Notes under the pieces: generated by a model
Database searches by the model: none
Seen by the model: only the letters and a program-made list of their open reading frames with translations
Told to the model about the DNA's origin: nothing
Origin: an uncultured Gemmatimonadales bacterium
GTDB lineage: Bacteria; Gemmatimonadota; Gemmatimonadetes; Gemmatimonadales; GWC2-71-9
Assembly (NCBI GenBank): GCA_963828735.1
Contig: CAWHFW010000002.1
Coordinates: 832,001-896,000, forward strand
DNA: 64,000 nucleotides
Direction: 5' to 3'
Made by a program: the position numbers and the translations under genes
Shown: piece by piece, positions 40,236 through 52,032 of the stretch
How the letters are laid out: the number at the start of each line of letters is the position of its first letter
Position numbering within the stretch: the first letter of the stretch is position 1

Positions 40236-42869
40236 GTGGACCTGCGGCGAGCCCGCGCGGCCCAGCGCCGGATCGAGCGCGCCGAGGCCCGTGCGGCAGG
40301 GGTCGCGGTGCCGCGGCCCTCGCGGTCGCGCGGCTTCCGCGTCGCCTGCGGCGATCGCGAGCCGCTCGCCTGCGTGCAGGAATGGTTCACGCTGCATGGC
40401 TGGAGCCCGTTCGCGTTTCAGGAGGAGGTCTGGCGCGCCTACCTCGCTCGCGAGAGCGCCCTGGTGCACGCGGCGACGGGCACGGGCAAGACCTACGCGG
40501 CCTGGCTGGGTCCGGTGCTGGAATGGCTGCGCGACTACCCGGCAGGCGGCCGACGCAAGGCGGCTGCGCCTCCGCTTCGCGTCCTGTGGATCACCCCGCT
40601 GCGGGCGCTCGCGGGTGACACGGAATCGGCTCTTCGCGCGCCCATCGAGGACCTGAGTCTCCCCTGGACGGTCGAGACCCGCACCGGCGACACCCCGGCG
40701 CGGATCCGGGCCCGCCAGAGAGATCGACTTCCGACCGCGCTGGTCACCACACCGGAGAGCCTGACGCTGCTCCTCACTCGCGAGGACGCGCACGACCTCT
40801 TCGACCACCTGGAGCTCGTCGTCGTGGACGAGTGGCACGAGCTCCTCGCCTCCAAGCGGGGCGTCCAGACGGAGCTGGCCCTCGCGCGGCTCCGACGTCT
40901 CAAGCCGTCGGTTCGCACCCTCGGCCTTTCGGCGACCCTGGGGAATCTCGATGTCGCCCGTGACGCGTTGCTCGGCCTCGAGGCGGACGGCACACCGCGG
41001 CCCGGGCGTCTCGTGCGGGGCCTCCTCCCGAAGGCGCTCGAGGTCGACGCCCTCATTCCGTCCACGATGGAGCGTTTTCCCTGGTCGGGGCAGATGGGCC
41101 TGCGCATGCTGCCCGAGGTCGTCCGGGCCATCGAGGAGGGAGAGAGCGCGCTGGTGTTCACCAACACCCGCGCGACCGCCGAGATCTGGTATCAGGCCCT
41201 GCTGGCCGCGCGCCCCGACTGGGCGGGGATCATGGCGCTCCACCACGGCTCGATGGATCGCGCCACCCGCGAATGGGTGGAAGACGGCCTCCGCGACGGG
41301 AAGCTGCGATGCGTGGTGTGCACCTCCACGCTGGACCTGGGTGTGGACTTCACGCCCGTGGACCGGGTACTCCAGATCGGAAGCCCCAAGGCCGTCGGCC
41401 GCCTGATCCAACGCGCGGGGCGAAGCGGTCACCAGCCCGGCGCGGTGAGCCGGCTGACCTGCGTCCCCACCAACGCGCTGGAGCTCGTGGACGTCGCTGC
41501 CGCACGGGCGGCGCTGCACGCGGGGCGCATCGAGGCACGCCGCCCGGTCGAGCGCCCGCTCGACCTGCTCGCGCAGCACGCCGTCACCGTCGCCCTGGGC
41601 GGCGGCTTCATCCCGGACGAGCTCTTCGACGAGGTGCGCACGACCAACGCCTTTCGAGACCTGACCCGCCGCGAATGGGCCTGGGTGCTCGACTTCATCA
41701 CCCACGGGGGTGACGCGCTCAGGGCCTACCCCGAATACCGCAAGGTGGTGATCCAGGATGGTCGCTACGTCGTGACGAGCCGGATGGTGGCCATGCGCCA
41801 TCGGCTCTCGATCGGGACGATCGTCAGCGAGAGCGCCATGAAGGTGCAGTTCGTCCGCGGTCGTACGCTCGGCTCCGTGGAAGAGAACTTCATCGCGCGG
41901 CTTCGGCCGGGAGATCATTTCACGTTCGCGGGGCGAACGCTCGAGTTCGTCCGGGTGCGCGGCATGGTGGCGTATGTCCGGAAATCCGCCCGGGCCACGT
42001 CGAACGTTCCGCACTGGTCGGGCGCGCGGATGCCGATCTCGCCCGAGCTCGCGCAGAGTGTCCGTGAACGGCTCGACGAGGCGCGACGCGGCATCTACGA
42101 GGGGCCGGAGATGGAGGCCGTGCGGCCGATCCTGGAGATCCAGGCGGCCTGGTCGCGCCTGCCCGCCCCGGACGAGCTGCTGGTGGAGCGCGCGACCACG
42201 CGCGAGGGTCATCACCTCTTCTTCTACCCGATCGAGGGACGGCTCGTCCACGAGGGTCTCGCGGCGCTGTTCGCCTATCGGATCGCCCAACTGGGCCCGA
42301 TCTCCTTCACGCTCGCGGCGAACGATTACGGGCTGGAGCTCCTCTCGGCCGATCCCGCGCCGATCGAGGAAGCCATCGAGGCCGGACTGTTCTCTCCCGC
42401 GAACCTGCTGCACGACATCCCGGCCAGCCTCAACGCGGCCGAGCTCGCGCGCCGCCAGTTCCGCGAGATCGCGCGCGTGGCGGGACTCATCTTCCAGGGG
42501 TACCCTGGGGTGAACAAGTCGGTGAAACAGGTGCAGGCCTCGAGCGAGCTGCTGTACGACGTCTTCGCCCGGTATGACCCGCAGAACCTGCTGCTCTTCC
42601 AGGCCCACCGGGAGGTGCTGGAGCGGCAGCTCGAGCAAAGCCGCCTCGCGCATGCGCTCGCGCGCGTCACGGCCGGACGGATCACGGTGGTCGACGTTGA
42701 GCGGCCGACGCCGCTCGCGTTCCCGCTGCTGGTGGACCGGGCGCGCGAGCAGGTGAGCTCGGAGAAGCTCGCCGACCGCATTCGCCGCATGGCCGCCCCA
42801 CTGGAGCGCGCCGCCGATGCCGCCCGCTTCGGCCGCGGCCGCAGCCGAGGATTCCGGAGCGGCGGATGA
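40236..42869 (+). CDS. Ligase-associated DEXH-box helicase (Lhr-core)
   Basis: ATGTGKT, TPLRAL, TTPESL, DEWH, LSAT, HHGS, TSTLDLGVD, QRAGRSGH; start uncertain. Confidence 0.9.
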   Translation: MDLRRARAAQRRIERAEARAAGVAVPRPSRSRGFRVACGDREPLACVQEWFTLHGWSPFAFQEEVWRAYLARESALVHAATGTGKTYAAWLGPVLEWLRDYPAGGRRKAAAPPLRVLWITPLRALAGDTESALRAPIEDLSLPWTVETRTGDTPARIRARQRDRLPTALVTTPESLTLLLTREDAHDLFDHLELVVVDEWHELLASKRGVQTELALARLRRLKPSVRTLGLSATLGNLDVARDALLGLEADGTPRPGRLVRGLLPKALEVDALIPSTMERFPWSGQMGLRMLPEVVRAIEEGESALVFTNTRATAEIWYQALLAARPDWAGIMALHHGSMDRATREWVEDGLRDGKLRCVVCTSTLDLGVDFTPVDRVLQIGSPKAVGRLIQRAGRSGHQPGAVSRLTCVPTNALELVDVAAARAALHAGRIEARRPVERPLDLLAQHAVTVALGGGFIPDELFDEVRTTNAFRDLTRREWAWVLDFITHGGDALRAYPEYRKVVIQDGRYVVTSRMVAMRHRLSIGTIVSESAMKVQFVRGRTLGSVEENFIARLRPGDHFTFAGRTLEFVRVRGMVAYVRKSARATSNVPHWSGARMPISPELAQSVRERLDEARRGIYEGPEMEAVRPILEIQAAWSRLPAPDELLVERATTREGHHLFFYPIEGRLVHEGLAALFAYRIAQLGPISFTLAANDYGLELLSADPAPIEEAIEAGLFSPANLLHDIPASLNAAELARRQFREIARVAGLIFQGYPGVNKSVKQVQASSELLYDVFARYDPQNLLLFQAHREVLERQLEQSRLAHALARVTAGRITVVDVERPTPLAFPLLVDRAREQVSSEKLADRIRRMAAPLERAADAARFGRGRSRGFRSGG

Positions 42870-43534
42870 CCGACGTGGAGATCCCTTTCGCGGGGGAGCG
42901 CCTCGTGCTCCTCCCCGAGAGAGCGCTGTTCTGGCCCCGCACCGCGACGCTGGTGGCGGCGGATTTCCACTGGGGCAAAGGGGCCACGTTTCGCGCCGCG
43001 GGTATTCCGATCCCCGTCGGCGCGACGAGCGATGATCTCTCCCGCCTCGACGAGGCCCTCCATCGAACGGCCGCCGACCGCCTGATCGTCCTGGGCGACA
43101 TGTTCCATGCCCGCGCCGGACGAATCGCCTCCCAGACCCTGGCCGAGCTCCGGCGCTGGCGTACCCTGCATGCCGACCTCGAGATCATGCTGGTGCGTGG
43201 AAACCACGATCGGCATGCCGGCGATCCGCCCGACGATCTCCGCGTGAACGGGGTGAATGCGCCGGCCTACGTGCCCCCGTTCGTTCTTCGCCATGAGCCG
43301 GCCGCGTCCGCCGACGGCTACGCCATCGCTGGGCACGTCCACCCCGGCCTGGTCCTCTGCGGACCGGCGCTCCGTCACGAGCGCCTGCCCTGCTTCCTGG
43401 TTGGACCGCGTGAAATGCTGCTGCCCGCGTTCGGCAGCTTCACCGGCATGGGGATGGTGGACCCGGGCCCCGCGGATCGGGCGTTCGTGGTCGCCGATGG
43501 GGAGGTGATCGAGGTGACGCCGCTCGAGCGCTGA
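42866..43534 (+). CDS. pdeM: Ligase-associated metallophosphoesterase/endonuclease PdeM
   Basis: ADFHWGK, LGDMFH, GNHD, HEP, GHVHP, LPAFGSFTG; ATGA coupling to the helicase. Confidence 0.9.
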   Translation: MTDVEIPFAGERLVLLPERALFWPRTATLVAADFHWGKGATFRAAGIPIPVGATSDDLSRLDEALHRTAADRLIVLGDMFHARAGRIASQTLAELRRWRTLHADLEIMLVRGNHDRHAGDPPDDLRVNGVNAPAYVPPFVLRHEPAASADGYAIAGHVHPGLVLCGPALRHERLPCFLVGPREMLLPAFGSFTGMGMVDPGPADRAFVVADGEVIEVTPLER

Positions 43535-44166
43535 GCCCCCGTGGATCGTGGCTGCCGCACCGCGCGGACACTGGCGATCGCCCGGGCGAGACGCTACCAT
43601 CTGCCTCATACCGCGCCGAACTGCTTGCACCTTGAGGAGACCGGTCATGATGGATCAGCGGGTCCGCACGGAACGCCTCGATCTCGCGCCACTCACCCTC
43701 GACGAGGTAGAGGCCCTCCTCGCTGGGGACGGCACTCGGCTGCGAGAGCTGACGGGGGTGATCTTCCCTCGCCCGGTCGCCCCTCCTCCCTACATGACGG
43801 ATCCCTTGCCGGCCGTGCGCGAGCGCCTCCGCGGCCAACCGGAGGAAGCACCGTGGTGGAACTGGCTCATGTTCGAGCGGGAGACGAAGCGGGCGGTCGG
43901 CTCGGTGGCGTTCGGCGGTCCGCCCGACGAGGCCGGCGGCGTCCTCATCGGCTACGCGATGTACGCGCAGTTCGAGGGGCATGGCTATGCGACCGAGGCC
44001 GTCCGGGCTATGGTCGAGTGGGCCTTCAGGCAACCGGGCGTGCGGCAGGTGCGCACGCTGGCGCCGGTGTGGAATACGCCGGCGCTGCGCGTGGCGGAGA
44101 ACGTCGGGATGCGTCCTGTGGCCGCCGACGAGGACGACGACGTGGGCGAGGTGCTGGTCTACGCCG

Positions 44167-45714
<1,548 letters not shown>

Positions 45715-45751
45715 AGGGTGATCCTTTGTTGGTCGACGATCGTACGAGCTG

Positions 45752-46798
45752 TTACGACTTCGCGCGCGCGGCTCGCTTGTGGAGAATGTCCTCAAGCACC
45801 ACCCGGTCGATCTTCCCGTCCATCCGCACGCGCACGTCGTAGTTCTCCCAGTACATGAAGTTCTTGAGCGCCTCGAGGAAGGTCGGCGTCGCCGAGCCCT
45901 GGGGCTTGGCCAGCCACTTCTGTGGTTGATTGGCCGGCTCGCTCAGCAGGATCGGCTCCAGCTGCGCGACGACCGCCGGCGTGATCGGGACCAGATCGCG
46001 GGTCTCGCTCGGGAAGAAATGCAGCTTGTGCAAGGCGAGCAGCCGCTCCAGCTCGGCGATCGGGTCCTTGGCGTCGTAGACCCGTATGTCGATGAACCGG
46101 TCGTTGGCGCCCAGGTAGCCGCCGTGCTTGCGGACCACGAGGAGGGCGGCACTCTGCATGCCGCGCTTGTCGCCCCCGCCGGCCTGGCCGGCCTTCAGCG
46201 CGGCCATCAGGCGATCCGCCAGGCTCCCAGTGCTGCGCTCGAAGGTCTCGGCCAGATTCTTCACCGTCTGGTCCGACACCATGATGTTGGCCTGCGCGGA
46301 GAAGCCGTGGCCGACGATCACCTCGCCCTTTCCGCCGGGAACGTTCCCGCGGCCGGAGGGTGCACCGACCCGTCCACCGGCCCAGTCGAAGGTGGTCTTC
46401 CCCGTGAAGCTCGCGGCGTCGCCCCGGGCGTCCACCATGCCGACCTGCCGGTCCTGCAGCATCGTATCGGTCCGCATGACGATGCGCAGCGCCTCTTCCG
46501 CCGTCGCGCCTTCGGCGATGAGGTCGAGGCCGCGCTCGCCGTAGGCGGTGTTGCCGAGGCTCTGCGTCGCCACGGCCCCGACGCCCGCCCGCGCCCACGG
46601 CACGATGCCCCCGACGTTCGGGAACTTGGACTGGACCGCCACGCCAAGATCACCCGTGGCGGAATCCCAGGCCACGATGCTGTAGGTGTGCGCCAGCTTG
46701 GCGAAGAGCGCGGGGGCGGTGACGGGCTGCTGCTGGGCAAGGACGGGAACGGCGGGTATGGCCAGCCACAGCGTGACGGCCACGGAGCATCGATTCAC
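45752..46798 (-). CDS. Secreted DUF1028 Ntn-hydrolase-like protein
   Basis: Signal peptide, HTYSIVA, GVAVQS, GAVATQS, GGDKRGMQSAAL; GTGA coupling. Confidence 0.85.
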   Translation of the reverse strand: MNRCSVAVTLWLAIPAVPVLAQQQPVTAPALFAKLAHTYSIVAWDSATGDLGVAVQSKFPNVGGIVPWARAGVGAVATQSLGNTAYGERGLDLIAEGATAEEALRIVMRTDTMLQDRQVGMVDARGDAASFTGKTTFDWAGGRVGAPSGRGNVPGGKGEVIVGHGFSAQANIMVSDQTVKNLAETFERSTGSLADRLMAALKAGQAGGGDKRGMQSAALLVVRKHGGYLGANDRFIDIRVYDAKDPIAELERLLALHKLHFFPSETRDLVPITPAVVAQLEPILLSEPANQPQKWLAKPQGSATPTFLEALKNFMYWENYDVRVRMDGKIDRVVLEDILHKRAARAKS

Positions 46799-47340
46799 TG
46801 TTTGCCCAGCTTCCGCTTGAGGAAGGCGAGCTGCGCCTCGATCGCGCTCTCTCGACGGTGACGTTCGGCCTCCGCCTCCATCCGCGCCGCGTCGTCGGGG
46901 CGCGCGGCGCCGGCGGACTCGAGGTCCCGCCACGCCGCGGCAATCGTCTCCGAGGGATGCCCGGCCGTCGCGCGCCTCGCCTCGCTGGTCATCTCGGCGA
47001 GCTCGCGCTCCGCCAGGGCCAGCTCCTCACGTTGGACCACCAGCTTGCGCTCGAGCACGCCGACCCGTTCGCGGTGGCGCGTGGCGTACCGATCGGCCAC
47101 CTGCACGGTTTCCGCGTCGGGCACCATCGCGGCCAGCTTGCCCCGGCGCTCCGCATCCTCGAGCTGCTGGCGCTCCGCGACGAGCTCCCGCTCGGTCGCG
47201 GCCAAGGCGTCGCGCATCGTGGTCACGCCGAGGCGCGCCTCGAGGACCGCCTCCTTGAGGCCGGCCGCATAGGCTCGCACGTCGCTCCGCGAGCCGTCGC
47301 GCAGCAGTTGGTCCAGTCGCGCCTTCAGACCTTCGAGCAC
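46795..47340 (-). CDS. PspA/IM30-like coiled-coil protein
   Basis: Helical A/E/R-rich heptads; C-terminal IEAQLAFLKRKLG resembles the PspA tail. Start placed at GTG 47340, downstream of the promoter at 47435-47463. Confidence 0.6.
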   Translation of the reverse strand: MLEGLKARLDQLLRDGSRSDVRAYAAGLKEAVLEARLGVTTMRDALAATERELVAERQQLEDAERRGKLAAMVPDAETVQVADRYATRHRERVGVLERKLVVQREELALAERELAEMTSEARRATAGHPSETIAAAWRDLESAGAARPDDAARMEAEAERHRRESAIEAQLAFLKRKLGKQ

Positions 47341-47434
47341 GGCCGCGGAAACCTCGTCTCGCTGGGCGGTGGTGGCCCGTTCGCCGGAGGCGCGGGCCGG
47401 CCGCTGGAGGGCGGCCAAGCAGTTGGGAGATCGA

Positions 47435-47463
47435 ATGGTAGGAGCCTCGGCGAGGGCCGTCAA
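47435..47463 (-). promoter_or_regulatory. Sigma70-type promoter
   Basis: Minus strand TTGACG-N17-TACCAT. Confidence 0.65.
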
Positions 47464-47540
47464 GCGAGCGGGGCTTTCCGCCCGCCACGGGCGGCGGTAG
47501 CGTATCCTAAGACGACCGAAACCGCACGCCGAGGAGCGCG

Positions 47541-48017
47541 ATGTCCACCGAATACTGCAGTGTCTGCGAGGAGCTGGCCGGCCACATCCAGGCCCCGGGT
47601 GGCGTGGTCTACCGCGATGCCTGGTGGGAAGTCGCCCACCACACCGGAGCGTGGACCGATCCGGGCGAGCTGATCGTGAAGGCCCGCCGGCACGTCGCGT
47701 CCATGTCCGCGCTCACGTCGGCGGAGGCGGCCAGCCTTGGCCCAGTTCTTTCGGCGGCCGTCGGCGCGATCGAGCGCGTGGTGCGGCCCGAGCGCGTCTA
47801 TGTCGCGTCCTACAACGAGCGCGTGCGGCACGTGCACTTTTTCCTCCTCCCTCGCACCGCGAGCCTCCCTGCCGGCCACGTCCTGTCCGATGTCTACCGT
47901 CGCGCCCGAAGTCAGCTCCGAAAATGGCGGATCGTGTCCAACCCCACGACGGCGGCCCGGGCGGAGGCGGCGGCGCGAATCCGGAGCGACGACGCGTGGA
48001 AGCCGTTGAGCACCTGA
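47541..48017 (+). CDS. HIT family protein
   Basis: GAGGAG RBS, CSVC, PGELIVKARRH, HVHFFLLPR. Confidence 0.75.
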   Translation: MSTEYCSVCEELAGHIQAPGGVVYRDAWWEVAHHTGAWTDPGELIVKARRHVASMSALTSAEAASLGPVLSAAVGAIERVVRPERVYVASYNERVRHVHFFLLPRTASLPAGHVLSDVYRRARSQLRKWRIVSNPTTAARAEAAARIRSDDAWKPLST

Positions 48018-49036
48018 TCGTCGGTGCCGGTCCGGCCGGACTTCGTGCCGCCCAGGTCCTCGCGGACGCGGGCCGCGAGGTGCTGGTGCTGGAAAAGCAT
48101 CCGGAGATCGGACCGAAGACGTGCGCGGGCGGCCTCACCGCCAAGGCCATGCGCGAGCTCGAGCAGCTCGGCCTGTCGCGGGACCTGACGCTCCGCCGCG
48201 TGGGGCACATCGGCTTCGCGGGTCGACCGCCCGTGGCGCTCGAGGTGGACGCGGCCGTGGTGCACACGATCGGCCGGACGGAGCTCGGACGCCTCCAGCT
48301 CGGGTGGGCGCGCGCAGCAGGCGCGGAGGTCCGACCCGGCGCGCCCGCCACTGCCCTCGATCTCAAGGGCCGCACGGTCGCTGCCGGCGGCCGAGCCATT
48401 CGGTGGCGCCATCTGATCGGCGCCGACGGGGCGGACTCCTCCGTCCGCCGGGCGCTCGGCCTGTCCGCCCCGCGCGAGTACTTCGCGGCCGAGTACAACG
48501 TCCCCGGGCTCCACCTCGAGCCGCTGCGGATCGAGTGCGATCCGGGCCCACTGGCGAACGGCTACTTCTGGGTCTTCCCGCACAAGACCTATGTCTCCCT
48601 CGGCGCCGTGGCCCCCAAACATCTGGTCGCCCCGGCCGTGCTGCGCCGATACCTCGACGCGCGACTGGACCGGTTGGGTGTACCTCGGGCGGAAGCTCCA
48701 TTCGAGGGCGCGACGATCGAGGTGGAGTACCGCGGCAGCCATTTTCCCGGTGACGTGCATCTGGTGGGCGACGCGGCCGGCGTCGCCTCGTCATTGACCG
48801 CGGAAGGCATCTATGCGGCGATCGTCACCGGCGAGGAGGTCGCCCGACGCGTGCTCGATCCCGGCGCACCATCGCCCAAGACCGAGCGATGGCTGCGGAC
48901 CAAGCGGCGTCATGACCGATTGGCCCGCTGGCTCGCCCGGCCGGGACCGCGCACCTGGACGTTCGGCGCCCTCGCGCGGCTCGCCGCCAGCCCGGCCACC
49001 CGCGGACCGCTCACCCGGTGGTGCCTGAACCCATGA
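47996..49036 (+). CDS. FAD-dependent oxidoreductase, geranylgeranyl reductase-like
   Basis: IVGAGPAG, KTCAGGL, IGADGADS, GYFWVFP, VGDAAG, EGI. Confidence 0.85.
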   Translation: MEAVEHLIVGAGPAGLRAAQVLADAGREVLVLEKHPEIGPKTCAGGLTAKAMRELEQLGLSRDLTLRRVGHIGFAGRPPVALEVDAAVVHTIGRTELGRLQLGWARAAGAEVRPGAPATALDLKGRTVAAGGRAIRWRHLIGADGADSSVRRALGLSAPREYFAAEYNVPGLHLEPLRIECDPGPLANGYFWVFPHKTYVSLGAVAPKHLVAPAVLRRYLDARLDRLGVPRAEAPFEGATIEVEYRGSHFPGDVHLVGDAAGVASSLTAEGIYAAIVTGEEVARRVLDPGAPSPKTERWLRTKRRHDRLARWLARPGPRTWTFGALARLAASPATRGPLTRWCLNP

Positions 49037-49662
49037 TCGACTTGCGAGCCCGATTCATCTCTCTGCTCGACCGGATGGGGGCGTCCCATGATTCTGGTCC
49101 CCTGGCCGACGCGCTGCTCTCCGCCTGGGCGGAACCGTCCCGCGCCTACCACGGTCGCCGACATCTCGAGGATTGCCTGGACCTGCTCGACGGCACCGCG
49201 GTGGACGCGCGCACGCGCGACCTGGTCGAGCTCGCCCTCTGGTTTCATGACGCCGTCTACGACTCGCGGGCGACGGACAACGAGGCGCGCAGCGCGCGCT
49301 GGGCGGTGGACGCGCTTCCATCCCTCGGCCTCGATGCGGCGACCGTCGACCGGATCGAGCGCCTCGTGCTCCTCACCCGCGACCATGCGGCCACGGATGA
49401 CGAGACCGGCCGGCTCGTGTGCGACATCGACCTCGCCGTTCTGGGCCGACCGCCCGATCAGTTCGACTCGTATCAGCACGGCATCCGCGCGGAGTACGCA
49501 TGGGTGCCGGACGAAGCCTACCGTGAGGGGCGCGCACGGCTCCTGGCCGAGCTGCTGCGTCGTGAATCGCTGTTTCAGACCGACAGTTTCAGGGACCGTT
49601 TCGGCTCGACCGCCCGTGCCAACCTTCGGCGCGCCCTGGACGGGCTGGCCGCGAAAGGGTGA
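49033..49662 (+). CDS. Predicted HD-superfamily metal-dependent hydrolase
   Basis: RAYHGRRH, WFHDAVYD, NEARSA, DIDLAVLG, IRAEY. Confidence 0.8.
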   Translation: MIDLRARFISLLDRMGASHDSGPLADALLSAWAEPSRAYHGRRHLEDCLDLLDGTAVDARTRDLVELALWFHDAVYDSRATDNEARSARWAVDALPSLGLDAATVDRIERLVLLTRDHAATDDETGRLVCDIDLAVLGRPPDQFDSYQHGIRAEYAWVPDEAYREGRARLLAELLRRESLFQTDSFRDRFGSTARANLRRALDGLAAKG

Positions 49663-49775
49663 TGTGGCTCACCTTTTCCCCCGGGTGAGCGACGTAGGTT
49701 CGCGGGTCGGTGCGGCGACCGGGGGAGCAAACAATCATCGGTGGTGCCGACGCGGTACCACCCAAGCGAGGAATT

Positions 49776-49967
49776 ATGAGATACTCATCCACTTTTCTGC
49801 TGGCGAGCCTCACGGCTCTGGCGCTCGCGGCCTGCGGCCCGAAGCGCAGCGACACGACCACCGGGGGTGCGGAAACCGGCGCGACCGGTGCCGCGACCGA
49901 TACCACGTCTCACACGGGGACGATGAGCGACACCACTCACGCGCCGACCGATTCGACCGCGAAATAG
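49776..49967 (+). CDS. Small Thr/Gly-rich lipoprotein (63 aa)
   Basis: GAGG RBS, LAAC lipobox, low-complexity mature part; followed by a terminator. Confidence 0.7.
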   Translation: MRYSSTFLLASLTALALAACGPKRSDTTTGGAETGATGAATDTTSHTGTMSDTTHAPTDSTAK

Positions 49968-49993
49968 TCGCGCTCCGAGTCGGAAACCGTGAG

Positions 49994-50024
49994 CGGGGCG
50001 TGACTTTCGTGTCACGCCCCGTTT
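49994..50024 (+). terminator. Intrinsic terminator-like hairpin
   Basis: CGGGGCGTGAC / GTCACGCCCCG perfect 11-bp stem, 6-nt loop, short TTT tail. Confidence 0.65.
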
Positions 50025-50066
50025 CGCGCGTCTCCGCTGTCGAATTCTTGGATTATCTTGAAGGCG

Positions 50067-50552
50067 ATGCGAATCCGGCACGTCCTCCCGATGCTCGTGG
50101 CGCTCACCGGCTGCAGCCAACCGGCTGATCGTGGTCGAGCTACCTGCGGGCTCGCGGCCCTGGCAGGCCCCACCGCTCTGCTCACCCAGTTCAGTGTTCC
50201 GCGCCAGACGCTGGGCGCGCCGCCTCGACACCTTCCGGAACGGTTGGTGACTCGGGTGGTCGCTGGCCCCGCGCTGCCCTCGATCGTCGGGCGCACCGAC
50301 TCGTTGCTGGTGATCGGCGTCGAGGGCGTGGTGCCGCCGGCGGTCAAGCCCGGCTATGGCGTGCTCGTGCTCGACACTACCGCCCGGGCCCGTGGCGTCA
50401 TGCTCTATGAGGGGACGTCGGTCGAAGGCGCGCCGCAGATCGGGACCGTGACCGTTGGCGCGGCCACCATCCCGCTCATCGGCATTGAGCTCGACCCCGC
50501 CCGCATCGAGGATCCTCACTGTCCGTTCTTCCCCGATTCGGTGCTGCCGTGA
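50067..50552 (+). CDS. Hypothetical lipoprotein
   Basis: LTGC lipobox; GTGA coupling to the next gene. Confidence 0.7.
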   Translation: MRIRHVLPMLVALTGCSQPADRGRATCGLAALAGPTALLTQFSVPRQTLGAPPRHLPERLVTRVVAGPALPSIVGRTDSLLVIGVEGVVPPAVKPGYGVLVLDTTARARGVMLYEGTSVEGAPQIGTVTVGAATIPLIGIELDPARIEDPHCPFFPDSVLP

Positions 50553-51295
50553 GCGCGCCGCGCATCGGCGTGAGCGGGGTCGTGCGGAACTGGGATGGCG
50601 CCGAGCGCACAGGCGTCAACGCGGCCTACGTGCGTTCGGTACTCGCCGCGGGCGGCGTACCGGTGATCCTCTCGCCCCTGCTCGGCCCCTCGTTCGCCGC
50701 GCGCGCGCTCGACGGCCTGGACGGTCTGCTGCTCTCCGGCGGCGAGGACATCCATCCGGCGTGGTATGGAGCGGCGGCGTCGCCCCACCTCTCTCCGCCG
50801 AGCCGCGAGCGCGACCTCTTCGAGCTCGCCGTCTTCGCCACCGCGCGCCAGCGCGAGCTCCCCATCCTGGGCATCTGCCGCGGCATTCAGCTCGTCAACG
50901 TGGCGCTCGGCGGCACGCTCTTCCAGGACCTGCCGTCGGAGCGGCCCGCATCGCTCGCACACGATCCGGGCACGGTCCGCGACGCGCGCACGCATGCAGT
51001 GCGACTCGAGGAAGGCAGCCGGGCGGCCCTCGCCCTCGGCGCCGCGACGCTCACCGTCAACTCCTTCCATCATCAGGCAGTCGACCGCCTGGCAGGCGGC
51101 TTGGTGGCCACGGGATGGAGCGAGGATGGGCTGATCGAGGCGGCCGAGTCGCCGGCGGAGGCGCCCTGGCTGCTCGCGGTGCAGTGGCACCCGGAGGAAA
51201 TGCATGGAGATGTGAAGGCGCCCGAGCGGGGCCTGTTTCGCGCCCTGGTGGAAGCCGCCGAAGACCCGGCCGCCGTCACGAGCCGCCGCCTGTGA
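50549..51295 (+). CDS. Gamma-glutamyl-GABA hydrolase family (peptidase C26, class I GATase)
   Basis: LSGGEDI, GICRGIQ, VNSFHHQ, VQWHPE. Confidence 0.9.
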   Translation: MSAPRIGVSGVVRNWDGAERTGVNAAYVRSVLAAGGVPVILSPLLGPSFAARALDGLDGLLLSGGEDIHPAWYGAAASPHLSPPSRERDLFELAVFATARQRELPILGICRGIQLVNVALGGTLFQDLPSERPASLAHDPGTVRDARTHAVRLEEGSRAALALGAATLTVNSFHHQAVDRLAGGLVATGWSEDGLIEAAESPAEAPWLLAVQWHPEEMHGDVKAPERGLFRALVEAAEDPAAVTSRRL

Positions 51296-51321
51296 CCGGG
51301 CTGCTCGCGGCCGGCCCGCGA

Positions 51322-52032
51322 CTAGTGCGCGCCGAGCTCGCGCAGGACGCGATCCGGCGTCTGCAGATTGGGGAACAGCAGCCGGTCGCTCACGCCGTTG
51401 AGCGCCCCGCGAAGCGAGGGAAACCGCTCGGCGGCCGTGCGGAGCACTGCCACCAGCCCGTACTCGCTGGCCAGCGCATGATCCGACGCCATGCCGAAGC
51501 CGCGTCGGCCGAGCGTGTCGTAGTACGTCATGTCGGGCCCCGCTTTGCGGAGGTGTCGGGCCGCGATATAATCGGGAAAGAGTCCGGCGAGCCAGAGCGC
51601 GTAATTGCCGAGATGCACCATGACGCGGAAGCGCCGCTCGCCGCCACTCGCCTCCAGGTCCGCCACGATGTCCACCAGGTAGCGATGCTGGTGGTCGTCA
51701 TGCCAGTCGATGCGCCACGCGCGATCGCGCTGACCGAAATCGAGGAGCAGCGCCGTGAGGTAGTCGGCCAGCTCGCGATCATCCACGCCGGCCTTCCGGA
51801 GGGCATGGCGCACCACGACATAGAAGAACAAGGCCTCCGAAGGGACGAGCATCGTCCGGACCGTGAGGAGCCTCTCCAGCAGATCGGGCGCATCCAACAA
51901 CGGATCTGGCCCTTCCGTCGTGAGGCGCCGCTCGAGATAGGCGCGCCGGTGCGCAGAGCCGCGGCTCAGTAGCAGGATCACCAGCTGCAGGTCCGCCGCG
52001 GTCAGACGGCCCCGCGTATTCGCCCGGATCAT
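51322..52032 (-). CDS. Conserved hypothetical protein
   Basis: GGAGGAG RBS before ATG 52032; protein-like composition (HLGNYALWLAGLFPDYI, YYDTLGRRGF). Confidence 0.7.
   Translation of the reverse strand: MIRANTRGRLTAADLQLVILLLSRGSAHRRAYLERRLTTEGPDPLLDAPDLLERLLTVRTMLVPSEALFFYVVVRHALRKAGVDDRELADYLTALLLDFGQRDRAWRIDWHDDHQHRYLVDIVADLEASGGERRFRVMVHLGNYALWLAGLFPDYIAARHLRKAGPDMTYYDTLGRRGFGMASDHALASEYGLVAVLRTAAERFPSLRGALNGVSDRLLFPNLQTPDRVLRELGAH

Noticed and set aside
36639..43534. Nuclease-ligase-helicase-phosphoesterase cluster as a novel defence system
   Set aside because: Matches the known ligase-associated DNA damage response cluster (Lhr-core/PdeM).
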